A stretch of 64,000 nt of DNA from Octopus sinensis (Eukaryota): assembly GCF_006345805.1 (NCBI RefSeq), contig NC_043008.1, forward strand, positions 4,278,001 through 4,342,000. Reading direction: 5' to 3'. Under the pieces are notes generated by a model. It did no database searches. It was given only the letters and a program-made list of their open reading frames with translations, and was not told the origin of the DNA. Of this stretch, positions 1-13,499 are shown in pieces. A program made the position numbers and the translations under genes. How positions within the stretch are numbered: the first letter of the stretch is position 1; each line of letters begins with the position of its first letter.

Positions 1-2750
1 GTAAAACGGTTTAAAATGACTTGCCATTGTCAAATTAATATAGGATTACATCTAACATAGATAGAATTTGGAGATGCTAACAGTTCAGTTGACGTAACAA
101 ATGGATGGTGAAGGCAAGAAAAACATTCAACCACAGGTTTTTATGTCTGACTGATCCCAAACATTTAAGGAAATGTTAGCAAATTGTTAGCCTTGTGATA
201 CTTGTTCTAGCTCTGCATTCTGGGTTCAAATCCAACTAAGGTCAACTTTTGCTTTCATCCTTCAATGGCCAATAAAATAAAATATCAGAATTACAAGAAA
301 ACTCACCAACAAGCAATGTGTTAGTTATTCCATCCCTTATCTTTCTGAGTAATTAGATGTCAAGAATGTGTCTGTCTGCAGCCAACAAAATTTGTCTTGT
401 ATATATATATACCAAAAGAAAAAGGCAATGGTAAACATTTGTTTTACAAAAACGCTAAAGTATGCATATAACATTTCTCAAGGTAATTGTTTGTCAACCT
501 GAGGATGCAAGGAAGAAAGAATGGCTTCATGTTCAAAATTCCAAATAGCTATCTTTTGGCCTCAAATTTCAATTAACAATTTAAATGAAACCAAATGCTT
601 TCTTTGAATGTGAATCAAATAAAGTGATACTCAAACTGAATGTGATAGGAACAGGCTGAACTGGATGCTACAATTTCAGTGCAGGCATAGTAATGTGTCA
701 ACTTCAGCATTTGATCCTCAGAAAAGGAGAGGTTGTTAAAAAAAAAAAAAAGAAGAAGCTTAACTTGCTACCTTTAATTTGATTTTCGTGGTTATCTTCA
801 CCTACGATGACAAATATTGGGTAATGACTAAAAGAATGCGACTTCAAATACAAGCAGTCAAAACAAGGTTTCTCTGAGAGATCTCTGAATTAACATTACT
901 CAGCAAAGTACATAGCTTGAGGATCAAGAGTCTCTCCAGGTCAAGCTGCTATTTCAGCTAAGGACTATAGTAGAAGACACTTGTCCAAGATAGTATGCTG
1001 TGGGAGTGAACTCAAAACCAAATGGTTGCAAAGTGAGCTTCTTGACTACACAGCTATGTTGAATAATTTTCTTTGTTTTTTTATTGGTTTTTGGGCTTGT
1101 TTTTTTCTCTTACAACTGAATCAGCTCTGATTGCTCAGAGCTATGATTAAAGGCATTCCAACAATAGCCACCCTTGTATCTTCAGATATAAGTTAATATC
1201 AGATTATCAACCATATTTTTCTTATTAGATTTAAACAAGGTAGGGTGTAATTTGAAGGCAATTTAGCTGTTAGTTTTAGCAGATTGAGTGCCCGCATAAA
1301 GGATCCTGCATTGGCTTAGCAGGTAATTTCTTTAGTGTCTTAAAGTCAACAAATGTGTTTGTTCTCATGCATATACATACCATGTACTAAGGAAAATAAG
1401 ACTGGATGTTGTTTTCATTGTGTACATGAGCTTCCAATTTTACCCTCTTTTAAATATTTCTTACTTTAATTCCCCGAAAATTTCTTTAGAAATAATTTAG
1501 TGTTCAAATATTATTTTCTCATTTTTGTTTATTCTACAGACTTTCTTGTTTACTTGTTTCTTTCATTAACTTTCTCCCGAAACAGTTTTACGATAACCTA
1601 ATGCAAAGGATTGACACACCGATCGTATTTGTTAATCTGAAGTCTTTACATTACGATTTGTTCATGTGTTCTCCAGGTCCCAAAGTAGAGAGTGTCTGTT
1701 TTATATATTACATTATTTGCACATTGAAATATTTTTTCTGTTCTACCACACCATGAATATCAATGTTATGAATGTTTGAAGATTGTGAAACAACAGAGTC
1801 GTAACAGATTTGATCAAACTGTGTAAACCGCATTGTCTTCAGTACACCTTTTATACAACATCTGCACAGTGACAGCTTTTAGTGTGGTTATGAAGCTTTT
1901 TATGTCTGTTAAATTAGGAATAATTCAGGACATCATAAAATACTCTTTTTTATATATATATATATTTGTACATAGCGAATTTGAGAGCTAGTAGAATTTT
2001 CAAATTTTTTAAAAATTATACTTTGGTGGGACAAAAAGGAGAAACAGAATTCGATACAAGAATATGTATGTGTGTTTGTGTATATATATCTGTGTGTGTA
2101 TCTATGCATATATAATTTTCTAATTAACTAAACAGTTACAAATGCCAAATGTGACTCTTGAGCCATTTTTGCAACTTTCCAGCCAATTAATACATACACA
2201 CATACATACATACACACATGCACACCTGCATGAATGCACACACACATGCACACGTGTGCTCACACATCCACACACACACACACACATATATGCAGTCCTC
2301 AATTTACATCTATTTTTCAAAGCTTGCATTGACTGGACACATACTCTCCCACATAGTGTCCTGTCACATGTTGCATTCAGGGCCCATGGGATCACTACCA
2401 TGAAGCATCACATTTTGTTCACAAACATTACACAGTCTACACTTTGCTCAGAGAGAGTGAATCATCTTGTTTTCAGCCTTTCCTACCCTATTTTTTTTCC
2501 TGGTTACTTTGCCATCCAAACTCACATAAATTCACTTCAAACTGATCAGCACTTTTTTATGGAAGTTATGTACTAGTAAAAAGGCAGCATCAAGAAACCA
2601 TTTTTGTAAAATCCTGTCATATTTTTAAGGAATAAATCCAAGATATTTTACTAATATTGTTATATTACCATCTCCTTGTTTCTGTCAGCCAGTATTCCTT
2701 GTTTAAACTACAAAATTTTGCAAATGCCACAAAGTATTAAATTTATTATT

Positions 2751-2772
2751 TTTCTTTCTTTTTCAGGTAAGT
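2751..2772 (+). other. Candidate recursive splice site (3' acceptor immediately followed by 5' donor)
   Basis: TTTCTTTCTTTTTCAG|GTAAGT: pure pyrimidine tract, CAG at 2764-2766, consensus GTAAGT at 2767-2772. Confidence 0.5.
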
Positions 2773-3679
2773 TTTCTCCATACTTCAAAACCTATATGGC
2801 TCCTGCTGAAAATATAATACACACTACAATAACTTCACAAATATGAAAAGTAAGTCCAAGATAAAAAAAAAAATTCTCTCATAAAAATTATCATTTTGAT
2901 TTATATTTTCTTTTTTCTGCTTGTTTTTTATTATTTAAAAAAATTTCTTACCAGAATGTTGAATCTACCTTATATTATCTCGAGGTCTCATTGGTAACAA
3001 TTTCTGAAGTAAAATATATTGATTAGGAAATGGATTGCATTGCAGTATTAGGTTTCATGCTACATGGCTGATAAAACTAGTACCTTACCTAAAACAAACC
3101 ATCATACTACCTCCTGTACCAAGCCAAGCATAAAAGTAATAACTTCATCTTAAAAGTATTCTGTATATTCATATATGTAAGCTCTTTCTTTTAATGCTTT
3201 GAATTTTTTCCATAAAGAAGGGCCAGGTTTCTTAACCTAAAAACAAAATATCACCAGTGTAATTTAGGTGGTGAACAGGTTGAATTTTAGAAAAGTATAT
3301 TATGGTTTTTTAAGTTTTCTACATACATCTTAACCTTGGATGGTCAATCTTTATCTAGAACACTTGGGTTTTCAAGACTGTAACTTAAATATTTAGTTAT
3401 ATAATCCATTGGGTATAAATTAAAATTTATAATTTAAGTAGGAAATGGTTGCATATGGTGGGTGTTGTCATAGGATGTGCTATCATGTGGTACCTACAAC
3501 TCAGGTATTAGTAAGAACATGCAAATCTTAGCCTCTTTCTGTCATAATTTCAACATGGTGGTTGTTCCAGAGTGTGTTTTATTAGATTTGGAAACAAATA
3601 AATTACCATACATAATATACATGTGTATGCAGATTTTGTCTTTTACTTTTTCTGTCATTAGACTGTGGCCATACTGGAG

Positions 3680-3998
3680 CCCACCTTGAAAGGCGTAGTT
3701 GAACAAATCAACCCCAGTTTAAAGTCTGGTACTTATTCTATCGGTTACTTTTTGCCAAACAACTAAGTTACAGGGCTGTAAACAAACCAGCATTGGTTGT
3801 GAAGCGATGGTGAGGAGACAAAAAGACACACACACACACACACACACCTGACAGGCTTCTTTCAGTTTCCACCAAATTCATTCCCAAGGCTTTGGTCAAC
3901 CCAGTGCTATAGAAGACATTTGCCCAAAATACCAAATTGTGGGATTGAACCTAGAACCATGTAGCTGGGAAGCAGACTTCTTACTACACAGCCACACT
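3680..3998 (-). mobile_element. tRNA-headed SINE (abundant family), decayed copy
   Basis: Reverse complement of the family head GTGGCTGTGTAGTAAGAAGTCTGCTTCCCAGCTACATGGTTCTAGGTTCAATCCC...GGGCAAATGTCTTCTATAGC, also seen at 34488 (+), 21672-21998 (-), 44295-44630 (-) and 59720-59860 (-). Confidence 0.7.
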
Positions 3999-6900
3999 TG
4001 CATATTGTTTGCACATGTGCATGTTTGTGCATGCACATGCGTATGTGTGTGCATGAATGTGTCGGTAGGGAAGTTATTAGAATGCTGGAAAAAATACTTT
4101 GTAGTATATTTTTGTCTCTTTGCACATTGAGTTCAAATCTCACCAAAGTCAACTTAATCTTTCATCCTTTTGGGGTGAGTTAAAAAGAACCATTCCAGTA
4201 TGGTGGATTAGCAGAATTGTTAGAGCATCAGGCAGAATGTCTTGCCATAGCTGTTCAGGCTCTGTACTTTCTGAGTTCAAATCCCAACCCATTACTGAAA
4301 AGCAACAACACTTCCATCACTAGTTGTGAGACATGGTGTATGAAACTTGAAAAACCCCTGAAAACAGATTCTTTGATCTGTATAGAAGATTGACCACCGC
4401 CGTCACATATTCATGTATACACCTATGTGTGATATTGTGTGTGTATTCACAAAAGATGATTTGCTTCATCTAGGCTTCAGCTTTCTTGTTTGCATGAATT
4501 CATTCAGGCTATAAAAAGATGACTGGTTTGGTCAGGATTTAGATTATGGTCACTGAACTTCTTTTCATTGATCAACTTCGGTCAGCTGACAGTGATGAGA
4601 ATGCTGGAGTGCCTTGCATGGATTGAAAATATTATCTGACAAAAGTTGACCAAATAAGAAAGATGGTGACAGAGTTCCAAGCCCCAAACTATTCTATTCA
4701 TCTCTTTGTTGCCTGAACAAACACAGAATTGAGAAATTCAAAGTAACAATGGCTTGAATCATCAGCTTTGAGTAAATTGATAGAATCTACCATATATATA
4801 TATCTGAGTACTTTTCTCATGTTTGCACTCCCAGACAAGTATGTATATGTGTATGTCTACATGCATTCATACATGCACATGTGTGTATAACAGTATGTTG
4901 TAGCAAGACACATAATGAAACTCACAATACACATCTAAATTCCTCTAATCAAAGCATTTATTCACTGAGAGTGCTCTACAGCGAATTTAAAAATTAGTTT
5001 GGTCTGTAATCACTGTCAATGCAAGATAAATAAATGGATAAAATTAATCTAAAAGTGTACTTATGTGAAGATATGTTTATATTTATCTTCTGGTAATATT
5101 CTGTATTCTATATCTAAATGTTTCTGGCATACAAGTTGATATACTGTAAACATGTAAACCAAACATTCAAACATCATCACTATCTTTCTAAATCCTGTGC
5201 TGTTTCACATTGTGTATGAATCAACCTACAGTTTGGCTTTAAATTTGTATATTAAAAATTATAGTATTTATCCAGTGTAAAAGAGATATGTTCCCCAGAG
5301 GCCTTGCTATGAACAGCAATTGGCCATTCAAAGTAGAATATACTTGGATTAAAATTTTAAGGGGAACAAAGTGAATGTATTTATATATACCCCCAAAAGA
5401 ATCTTGCTTTACTTAGCTTGTGAAAATAAATCCAGATTTTTGCCCTGTTAGAAAATAAAGTTAGGAAACTGTCGATGTTGAAATTCCTATGAAGGAACCT
5501 TGGATCTAGGTTAGAAACCAGTTCTTTCTCTATTGGCAAGAAATCTTGAAATAAACTGAATAATGACATACATACTTATATACATACCTACATGGGAGTA
5601 AATGTAAGGATAAGCAAGTTAGTCAAGTCGATATACAAAAAATATTAAATACATTTAATACCAAAAATGTACATGTTTACATATAAGAAGGTCCGGAGTT
5701 GAATGAGAGTTTCACAAGTCCAACAACTGTCTCTTGGGGCCTGGTGGTCCAAAATAATGACTGTAAATATGAAGTGTGCTCTATACAGAGAATATCTGTC
5801 TCTCATCTATAAACAATATATATATATATAATTATAAATTTTCTTTAGAAAAACATAGAAAGCACTTGAGTCAAACCCAAGATGCTAGACAAGTACATAT
5901 ATATATATATATATATATATTAAAATGTATAAAATACCTGTACATCATCTCCTAACTTTCTAAAATATATATGTATGTATGTGTATCATCATCATCATCA
6001 TCATGTATATATATGTATATATAGTATGTGTGTGTGTTAGAGTGTACCCTTGTCTAGACATATTGTGGTGGTTGTAAATGTAATGAGATTATACATTTCC
6101 AGTCTTCCATGTAAAACATGCTTTGTTATTGGAAAATATTACTTTGTTTGGAAATAGATAAGAGTTGGTAACAGGAATGGCACCCAGCCATTAAAAAATC
6201 TACATAAATAAATTCCATCTCAATCATGCAAGCATAGAAAAGTGAACATTGAATGATGATGATTTGCCTAAATAGATGAGTCCAGTCAAATATTTCTCTC
6301 CTGGGTGTAATAATCGATCTGAGAGCCTCCCCTAGTCATTCAGTTGACTGCCTGAGTGTCAAAGGTCAAGTCTGTCAGAAATGACTTGTGGCTGCTACGC
6401 AACATGCATTCCAATAAGTCAGTGTGGAAGCCTTTCTGAAGGCACTTGACCAGCTATAATTAACAGGGAAATTCTTTCAAATCATGCTAACAGCTTAAAC
6501 AGAAAAGACACATTGAACATTTAGGATGGTCTGGGATGGTCAAAACTGGAATGCTTTTGATCATAGATCTACTTGATAAAGGCTGGCCTGGGGGTAAACA
6601 ACAACTAAAGCCAGTTGACAAAAAGTTAGTTCAGTGCTGCCAGTCAGTGAAACCGGTTTCTATTCCATTGTCACCCTGTGCAATCCATATGATCCTGAAA
6701 AACATATTTAAGAGTTTGAGCCAATGATCAAGCTTCTGCATGGCTGCTCCAACTGTTAGAAATAGCAACCAAATCTAATTACTATTCTAAAATAAACAGG
6801 TGAAACATAGAAGGTAATGTAGTTTAGAATAGACTATGAATGAGGAAAAGATGGGAGGATCTCAAAAGAAATGTTCATGATCATAGACCTGTTCTATCGA

Positions 6901-7536
6901 GGTTGACCTGTGGTTAAACAACAACAATCTCCATACTAAATCAAATGTAAAGATGTAATGGGCCATTCAGAGCTAGGGCTGACTTGGTCATAAACGAAGC
7001 ACATTGCCAATGACAGCAACACAAACAAATTTCAAATTCTTTAACCAGTTGTTTGGTACCCTCTTAATTCACAGACAACTATGTCTGATTTAGTTTCTTT
7101 CTCTCTCTCTCTCACTCTTTCAATTTCTCTCTCTCTCTCTCTCTCTCTTTTTTCTTGCTTTTCCTAAAATATATAGCAAAGCCTGAATTATATTTCCCAA
7201 GTGACGCTAATATAAACTTCACTTTAACAGATGAAATAGACTGTTTAGAAAATCTGAAATTTTATATTTTTACACTTCATCTGTTCATGCCCTGACTTGA
7301 TCTATCATTTGATCAATCATTTATAAATCACATATACAATGGAAACTTTAAAGCAAAAATAGAATAAAAGTATTTTATCTGTAATAGCAATATCATTTTT
7401 ATTCATATCTTTGTGTTGAGGCAGAATAATGAAACGAGATTTAGATAGATGTAACTCTTTCTTTTGTTCAATTGACAGTTGTTTAAACTAGTAGGGTCAC
7501 TAGTAAAAAACGTGCTCGCAGACAAAGGACGAAATA

Positions 7537-7569
<33 letters not shown>

Positions 7570-8826
7570 TGTGTGTCTGTGTGTGTGTGTGTGTGTCTGT
7601 GTATATATATATATATATACACACACACACATATCTATGTATTCTCTTATATTATTATTTTACCAATTTCAAGAACTGGACTGAAGCTATGCAGGGACAC
7701 TGTTATAAAGGGGTTTATTTGATTATATCAGCCTCAGTAATTTGACTGGAATATAGTTCAGTCACCTTGTATGCTACAACAGCAAACTTAAACTAGCTAT
7801 AAAAAAAAAATGTAACTAATACAAAACTAAATAAAAGGTATTTTTTGTTTAATACTCAGATTCTGACATATATCACCAATACACACACACACACACACGT
7901 ACATGCACACACATGCATGTGCATATTCACACACACAAATAATGCGTGCTAACATGTGCAATGGGATCTGCTACAATAGAAAACATTTGCTCCAAGTTGA
8001 TGGTGAAGCAAACTTCTTGACCTCGTAACCATGCCTGCAGCTATAAGAATCTAATTCACTCCTATTGCACTGCAACTTGGGCAAGTGACTTCTGTTACAG
8101 ATTCAGGCCGACCAAACTGTGTAAGCAAATATGTTAGAAGGGAAACAGGAAGAAGACCGTAGTGTGTGTGTGTGTGTGTTGTGTGTGTGTGTGTGTGTGT
8201 GTTGTGTGTGTGTGTGTGTGTGTGTCTGTGCGTGCACATGCGTATCCTGTTTTTGTATCTGAAAATGCTTGCACAAAAGTTCAGCAGACATTGTTGTCAG
8301 TTTCTGCTGTCAAGAAATCATGTAGGCACCTCGTGATTCTGATGCCATGTGGAATAAGTGATCCTGTCAGATGGACTGTGATAGCAATTCAAAGGTCCAG
8401 CCTTGTCATTCTGTTGTCATGTAGATTACATTAAGGTCACATGATTCTTCGGAATGCTCAGTCAATATGAATGCCATTTCATCGAGGATATAACTCTTCT
8501 GATTGAACCTCTGGACACTCATACATCAATCTTGCTGAGAGAGTCCAGCTTATGTGTGTGTATGCACACACATGCACATACATACATGTGTGTGTGAGTA
8601 TACACACACACACACACTTGCACACACACACATTCATTATTGGAGACAAAAGCAGTGTTAATTCAAAATAAGTTTCTGTTTATCATACTCAATGCAAGTA
8701 TTATGTTGAAGGCCTTGAAACCTTGAGAAAGCATCTCATACAGATGTATACTTTTTAACTCCAGACATTTATACGAGATACTTTCTAATAATACCACAGC
8801 TTCAAGGATTTCAACAGCATATTTGC

Positions 8827-9084
8827 ATTAAATTGCATGCCATTTTGATATATATATATATATACACTTACAGAGAGAGAGCTACATATATGTGTGTGTA
8901 TGTATATGTAACACTAAATTTCCTTGTTTTAATCTTATGCTTATCTCTTTAACTATCTTGGTTATAACATTACATTTGGCAATCTCGAAGGAGGTTTTGA
9001 GGTTTTGTTGCATTTTTTCCCTCAAGTATTTAACATTTGAAATGTTATTATTTTTTAGCATTTTCCAGTTATTAGGATTTGCAA
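8827..9084 (+). repeat. Copy 1 of a local ~260-bp direct duplication (SINE-free allele)
   Basis: ATTAAATTGCATGCCATTTTG...TTAGGATTTGCAA recurs at 9465-9480 + 9809-10080 with a few small differences. Confidence 0.9.
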
Positions 9085-9415
9085 CTCCAAAATAGATCAA
9101 AGAATCTCTTTCCTGAAATATGTACTTTTGTTTGTTGAAATCAATTAATATTTTTCCTTAAGGCTATTTACGAATGCGAAATAGATGCAGGAAATGCATG
9201 CATACATACATATATACATACATACCTACCTCTGTGTGTATGATAATTTTCAGAGTTCTTAGAACATTAGATAAACAACATTGTGCTATTTATTCTAATT
9301 GCCTACCTACCCAAGTTCAAATCTCACTGATGTTCACTTTGTCTTTCATGCTTTCAAGGTTAATAAAATGTTCTAATATAGTGCTAGTACACCTCCCTCT
9401 CTCTTTCTTTCTCTC

Positions 9416-9467
<52 letters not shown>

Positions 9468-9480
9468 AAATTGCATGCCA

Positions 9481-9808
9481 AGTGAGGGCGCGTGGCTTAG
9501 TGGTTAGGGTATTCGGCTCATGATCGTAAGGTTGTGAGTTCGATTCCCGGCGACGCGTTGTGTCCTTGAGCAAGACACTTTATTTCACGTTGCTCCAGTC
9601 CACTCAGCTGGCAAAAATGAGTTGTACTTGTATTTTAAAGGGTCAGCCTTGTCACTCTCTGTGTCACGCTGATTATCCCCGAGAACTACGTTAAGGGTAC
9701 ACGTGTCTGTGGAATGCTCAGCCATTTGCACGTTAATTTCACGAGCAAGCTGTTCCGTTGATCGTATCAGCTGGGACCCTCGTCGTCGTAACCGGCGGAG
9801 TCTTTAGG
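9481..9808 (+). mobile_element. Young full-length tRNA-derived SINE with 13-bp target-site duplication
   Basis: A-box-like TGGCTTAGTGG, B-box GAGTTCGATTCC, central TTGTGTCCTTGAGCAAGACACTT motif, CpGs retained, flanked by AAATTGCATGCCA at 9468-9480 and 9809-9821. Confidence 0.9.
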
Positions 9809-9824
9809 AAATTGCATGCCATTT

Positions 9825-9872
<48 letters not shown>

Positions 9873-10144
9873 TTACAGAGAGAGAGCTACATATATGTGT
9901 GTGTATGTATATGTAACACTAAATTTCCTTGTTTTAATCTTATGCTTAACTCTTTAACTATCTTGGTTATAACATTACATTTGGCAATCTCGAAGGAGGT
10001 TTTGTTGCATTTTTTCCCTCAAGTATTAACATTTGAAATGTTATTATTTTTTAGCATTTTCCAGTTATTAGGATTTGCAAAAGAACTTTCACCTAATTAA
10101 TTACTTAAATTACTTAAATTATTTTGTCAGCATTTTCTTCATTT

Positions 10145-10191
<47 letters not shown>

Positions 10192-10192
<1 letters not shown>

Positions 10193-10351
10193 TGTTGTGT
10201 CTGGGAAGAGTCATTTTCTTTTTGTGTCTTATAATTTAATACACTCACTGGTAAAATTTCTACTTATTTCTTATTCTTATTTTCCTAAAATTTTACCGGT
10301 GTGTTAAATTATAAGGCACAAAAAGAAAATGTCTCTCCCCAGACACAACAG
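10192..10351. repeat. Fold-back (MITE-like) element next to a (TA)n tract
   Basis: Left arm 10192-10259 (CTGTTGTGTCTGGGAAGAGTCATTTTCTTTTTGTG...GGTAAAATTT) is the reverse complement of right arm 10288-10351 with few mismatches; ~28-nt spacer. Confidence 0.85.
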
Positions 10352-11927
10352 AATATGCTTCAACCCACGAACTTACATAAAGAATCTTGCAAGCCAAATC
10401 CATAAACGAAATATATATATAGAGAGAGAGAGAGACTGTCCCATTTTTGCTACCAGCTTTGACCCTCCGCAAATCCCAAATTTTATTTTGGTTCCCAGGA
10501 GCAACTGCCTTTCTAAGCCTCATATTGTCATTAATTGCTCACAATGAGGAGTAGATGGACAGCCAACAACTGATGAAGGGTCGTTCTTTGTGTTACTCGT
10601 CTTGTTTCCCATTTGTTTCTCTCATTGTTTGCATACCCAGATTTGTCTTCGTATTTCATGTTGTTTACGTTTTGTGACATCCTGTACCCATATATATATA
10701 TATATATATACATATATATATTTATATATATAGCTGTCTGTCTATTCTGCTGGGTTGAGGGTAGGATCATCAGGAAGCTGTCTGTGTTTGATCTTGTCTA
10801 TGTGGGCACTAAAAACAACTAGGAAAAGTATGGTATATATATGATGCTAACTCATACTTGTTTTACAAGTGATGGCGAAAGTTTAACCAGCATTAATAAA
10901 TTTCATAGTAGTTGTAAAGTGATGTAAAAAATATTTGAACAGAGGGTCTCCTCATCTGTTCTCAAGAGGCAACATCTACCAAAACTAAATCATTTGAATA
11001 CAATTATATCTATCCAGGGATAGATTAAAAGGAAAAAAAAAACACACCCCAGTTTTACTCATTTAAATATTTGATCCAAAAGAAATGTAATGATAACATG
11101 AATAATATAAATAGTTTCTAATATATTTTTCTTAGCAGTTAGATGCTTCAACACATCATTGAGTATACAGGAATGTCTTATAACCTACGGATTCTACATG
11201 GAAATTCTTTGTTTATTTAGTCTCTGTAGTATGAGTCTGTTTTGTGGAGCTGATCCGTCTGCAAGAGAAATTAATGATCAGCAATCTAACTTGGCACTAC
11301 AGCTCATACAGTGCTCACTATGCTTACAGTTGTGAGAGTCATTGATGAATGGGTGTCTGTGGGATCTCTTGGTGCCCTAGAAATCGCAACCAAGTCACCC
11401 TTAAACCACATCCAATCATCTTACAAAAATAGAATAAAACTTACCGAATGTCATGTCCCAAAAATGAAGGGGAGATGGTCATAGCTAGAACACCTTTTTT
11501 TTCCATGGCTCAGGTCAGTATTACTCAGTTGGTTGCCAGGTGCTAATCAACAGCAACAACAATTCAGCAAAATTATATTGTTTATTGTTTACTGATAAAA
11601 TTCAACAAATTCTAAATCCAAACAAAAATAAGAATACAAAATAGGAATTATTTTTACCAAAAATAAACAGAAAAGGTTGTTTTTTTTTTCTTTTATGTAA
11701 AATAATACTTTTGTAATTTAAAACTGATTTATGGTTTATAAATATTTTTCTCCGACTTTGTGGAATCTTTCTTTGATTATTTTCATTAAATCTTAATCCG
11801 ATGACATATCATATTTTCCTCTCCTGTGTACTCTGCATCGCATCAATTATTACACAAATATATTATTGCACTACGGTTTCCTATCAAAGAATGGGCTGCT
11901 TTATGTAACAGCCCTGCTTTTATATTA

Positions 11928-11961
<34 letters not shown>

Positions 11962-13390
11962 TCTCACTCACTCATTCACTCTCCCTCCCTCCCCCCTCTC
12001 TCTGTTCTTGTGTGTATTCGTGTATTCTAAATGAAATTCAATATTTACTATTCATGTTCAATATTTTATGGTCAAAATTATAGAGTTTCGAAGAAGAGTT
12101 TGGTAGAAGACTTTGGTCAGTTAATTTGCCATGTTTCTGAGAGACAGTATATATAGAAGTGTCATCACTTTGGTCACAGAATTGCTAATGAAGAAGAGAA
12201 GAGAATAAAAGAGGGATGTGGTGGAGATTAGGGAAAAAGCCAGTGAGAAATTCTGTGTAGGAGGTAACTGAGGTGTGAAGGTGTAAAGGGTGCAGGAAGA
12301 GTAGAGAGGATGGGATATATATTCGCTACATTCAAATATAGATTTTATATTTTCTGTACCATAGATTGTATTATAGATGCATGTATATTTTTGAGTATCT
12401 TACTCCACTATAAGACTTGAAAAAGTTATTGTTCCATCAGAAACCATTCTATATTTTCTTGTTTTAATCCCCTACTTTACTTCTATCAATGGCTTGAATC
12501 TCACTTTTTTTTTTTATCTATCGAGGAAGATTTTTTTTTTATATTCCAGTGCTTGGTATTTAACTGCTGAAATGTTTCTTGATGGTCCTACGGTTGGAAT
12601 CAATTAATATTTTCTCTTCAACTTGCTAGCAATCATGACAAGAATGTCATAAAACCCTGAAGCATGATGTAATAACTGGCTGGATAGGATTCTCCCAGGT
12701 TATTAAATGTATCTTTTTGGCCAATAAAGAAATGCAATTAACTGTAAATCTCCAAATAGTCACAAAATTGTTTCAGGATTTGCACAGAATTTCCCCCCAT
12801 TGTTACTAGCTTAACTCACTGGACTGTGACTATTACAGGGCATTCCTTCAAGGGTTTTAGTCAACCATAACAAACCACATCAATCCTTGTGATTATTCCT
12901 GTCAGATACTTATTTTATATACTATAACCCTGAGCCAACTGAAGCCTTGTGAGTGGATTTGGTAGGCAGAAACTGAGAGAAGTCTGTCGTGTATATTGTT
13001 TGTCATGAGAAAATTTTACAAGGTGAAAGTTGGTGACAGGAAGGGCATCCGGCCATAGAAAATCTGCCTCAAAAAATTCTGTCTGACCCATGCAAGCAAG
13101 GAAAAATGAACATTTAAAAGAACTGATGATGATATTATTGAGTGGCTGGGTTCACTTTTTAACACAGCAGTTTTCGCTACATGTGTAGCCCTGTTTTTAG
13201 AATAGGTATGCCAAATTGTATGGGGAGACTAAAAAAGGCTGATTCATAAAGGGAATCCAGTCTTAAAACATCACCTCAAAATGTCCAACACTAAAAAGTG
13301 AATGTAAAACTGAGGATGATTTGTTTCTATGAAACATAAACTCAAACATAGACACAAACATACTTATATACACAGATATGCATGTACATG

Positions 13391-13422
<32 letters not shown>

Positions 13423-13499
13423 ATAATTCTTAATTATATTAAAGGGTACAGAAAACACCAGCTTACTATAAAGTGGAAGTAAAAACTGCCAACTTAACC

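Noticed and set aside
2120-2576. His/Thr- and Cys/Val-rich ORFs here and at many other positions (7403-8434, 35990-37733, 43065-43699, 58963-59397 and others)
   Set aside because: These are translations of (CA)n, (TA)n, (CT)n and (TCTA)n microsatellites.
9486-9556. Possible tRNA gene (CAT in the loop)
   Set aside because: The cloverleaf stems are poor, and the sequence continues into a SINE body bounded by a TSD.
10545-10690. CTGATGA core suggesting a Penelope-type hammerhead ribozyme
   Set aside because: No GAAA box follows a stem II. It may be a decayed Penelope terminal repeat, but a ribozyme is not supported.
11231-11335. GADPSARE resembling an ankyrin-repeat turn
   Set aside because: There is no TPLH motif or flanking helix pattern and no downstream donor.
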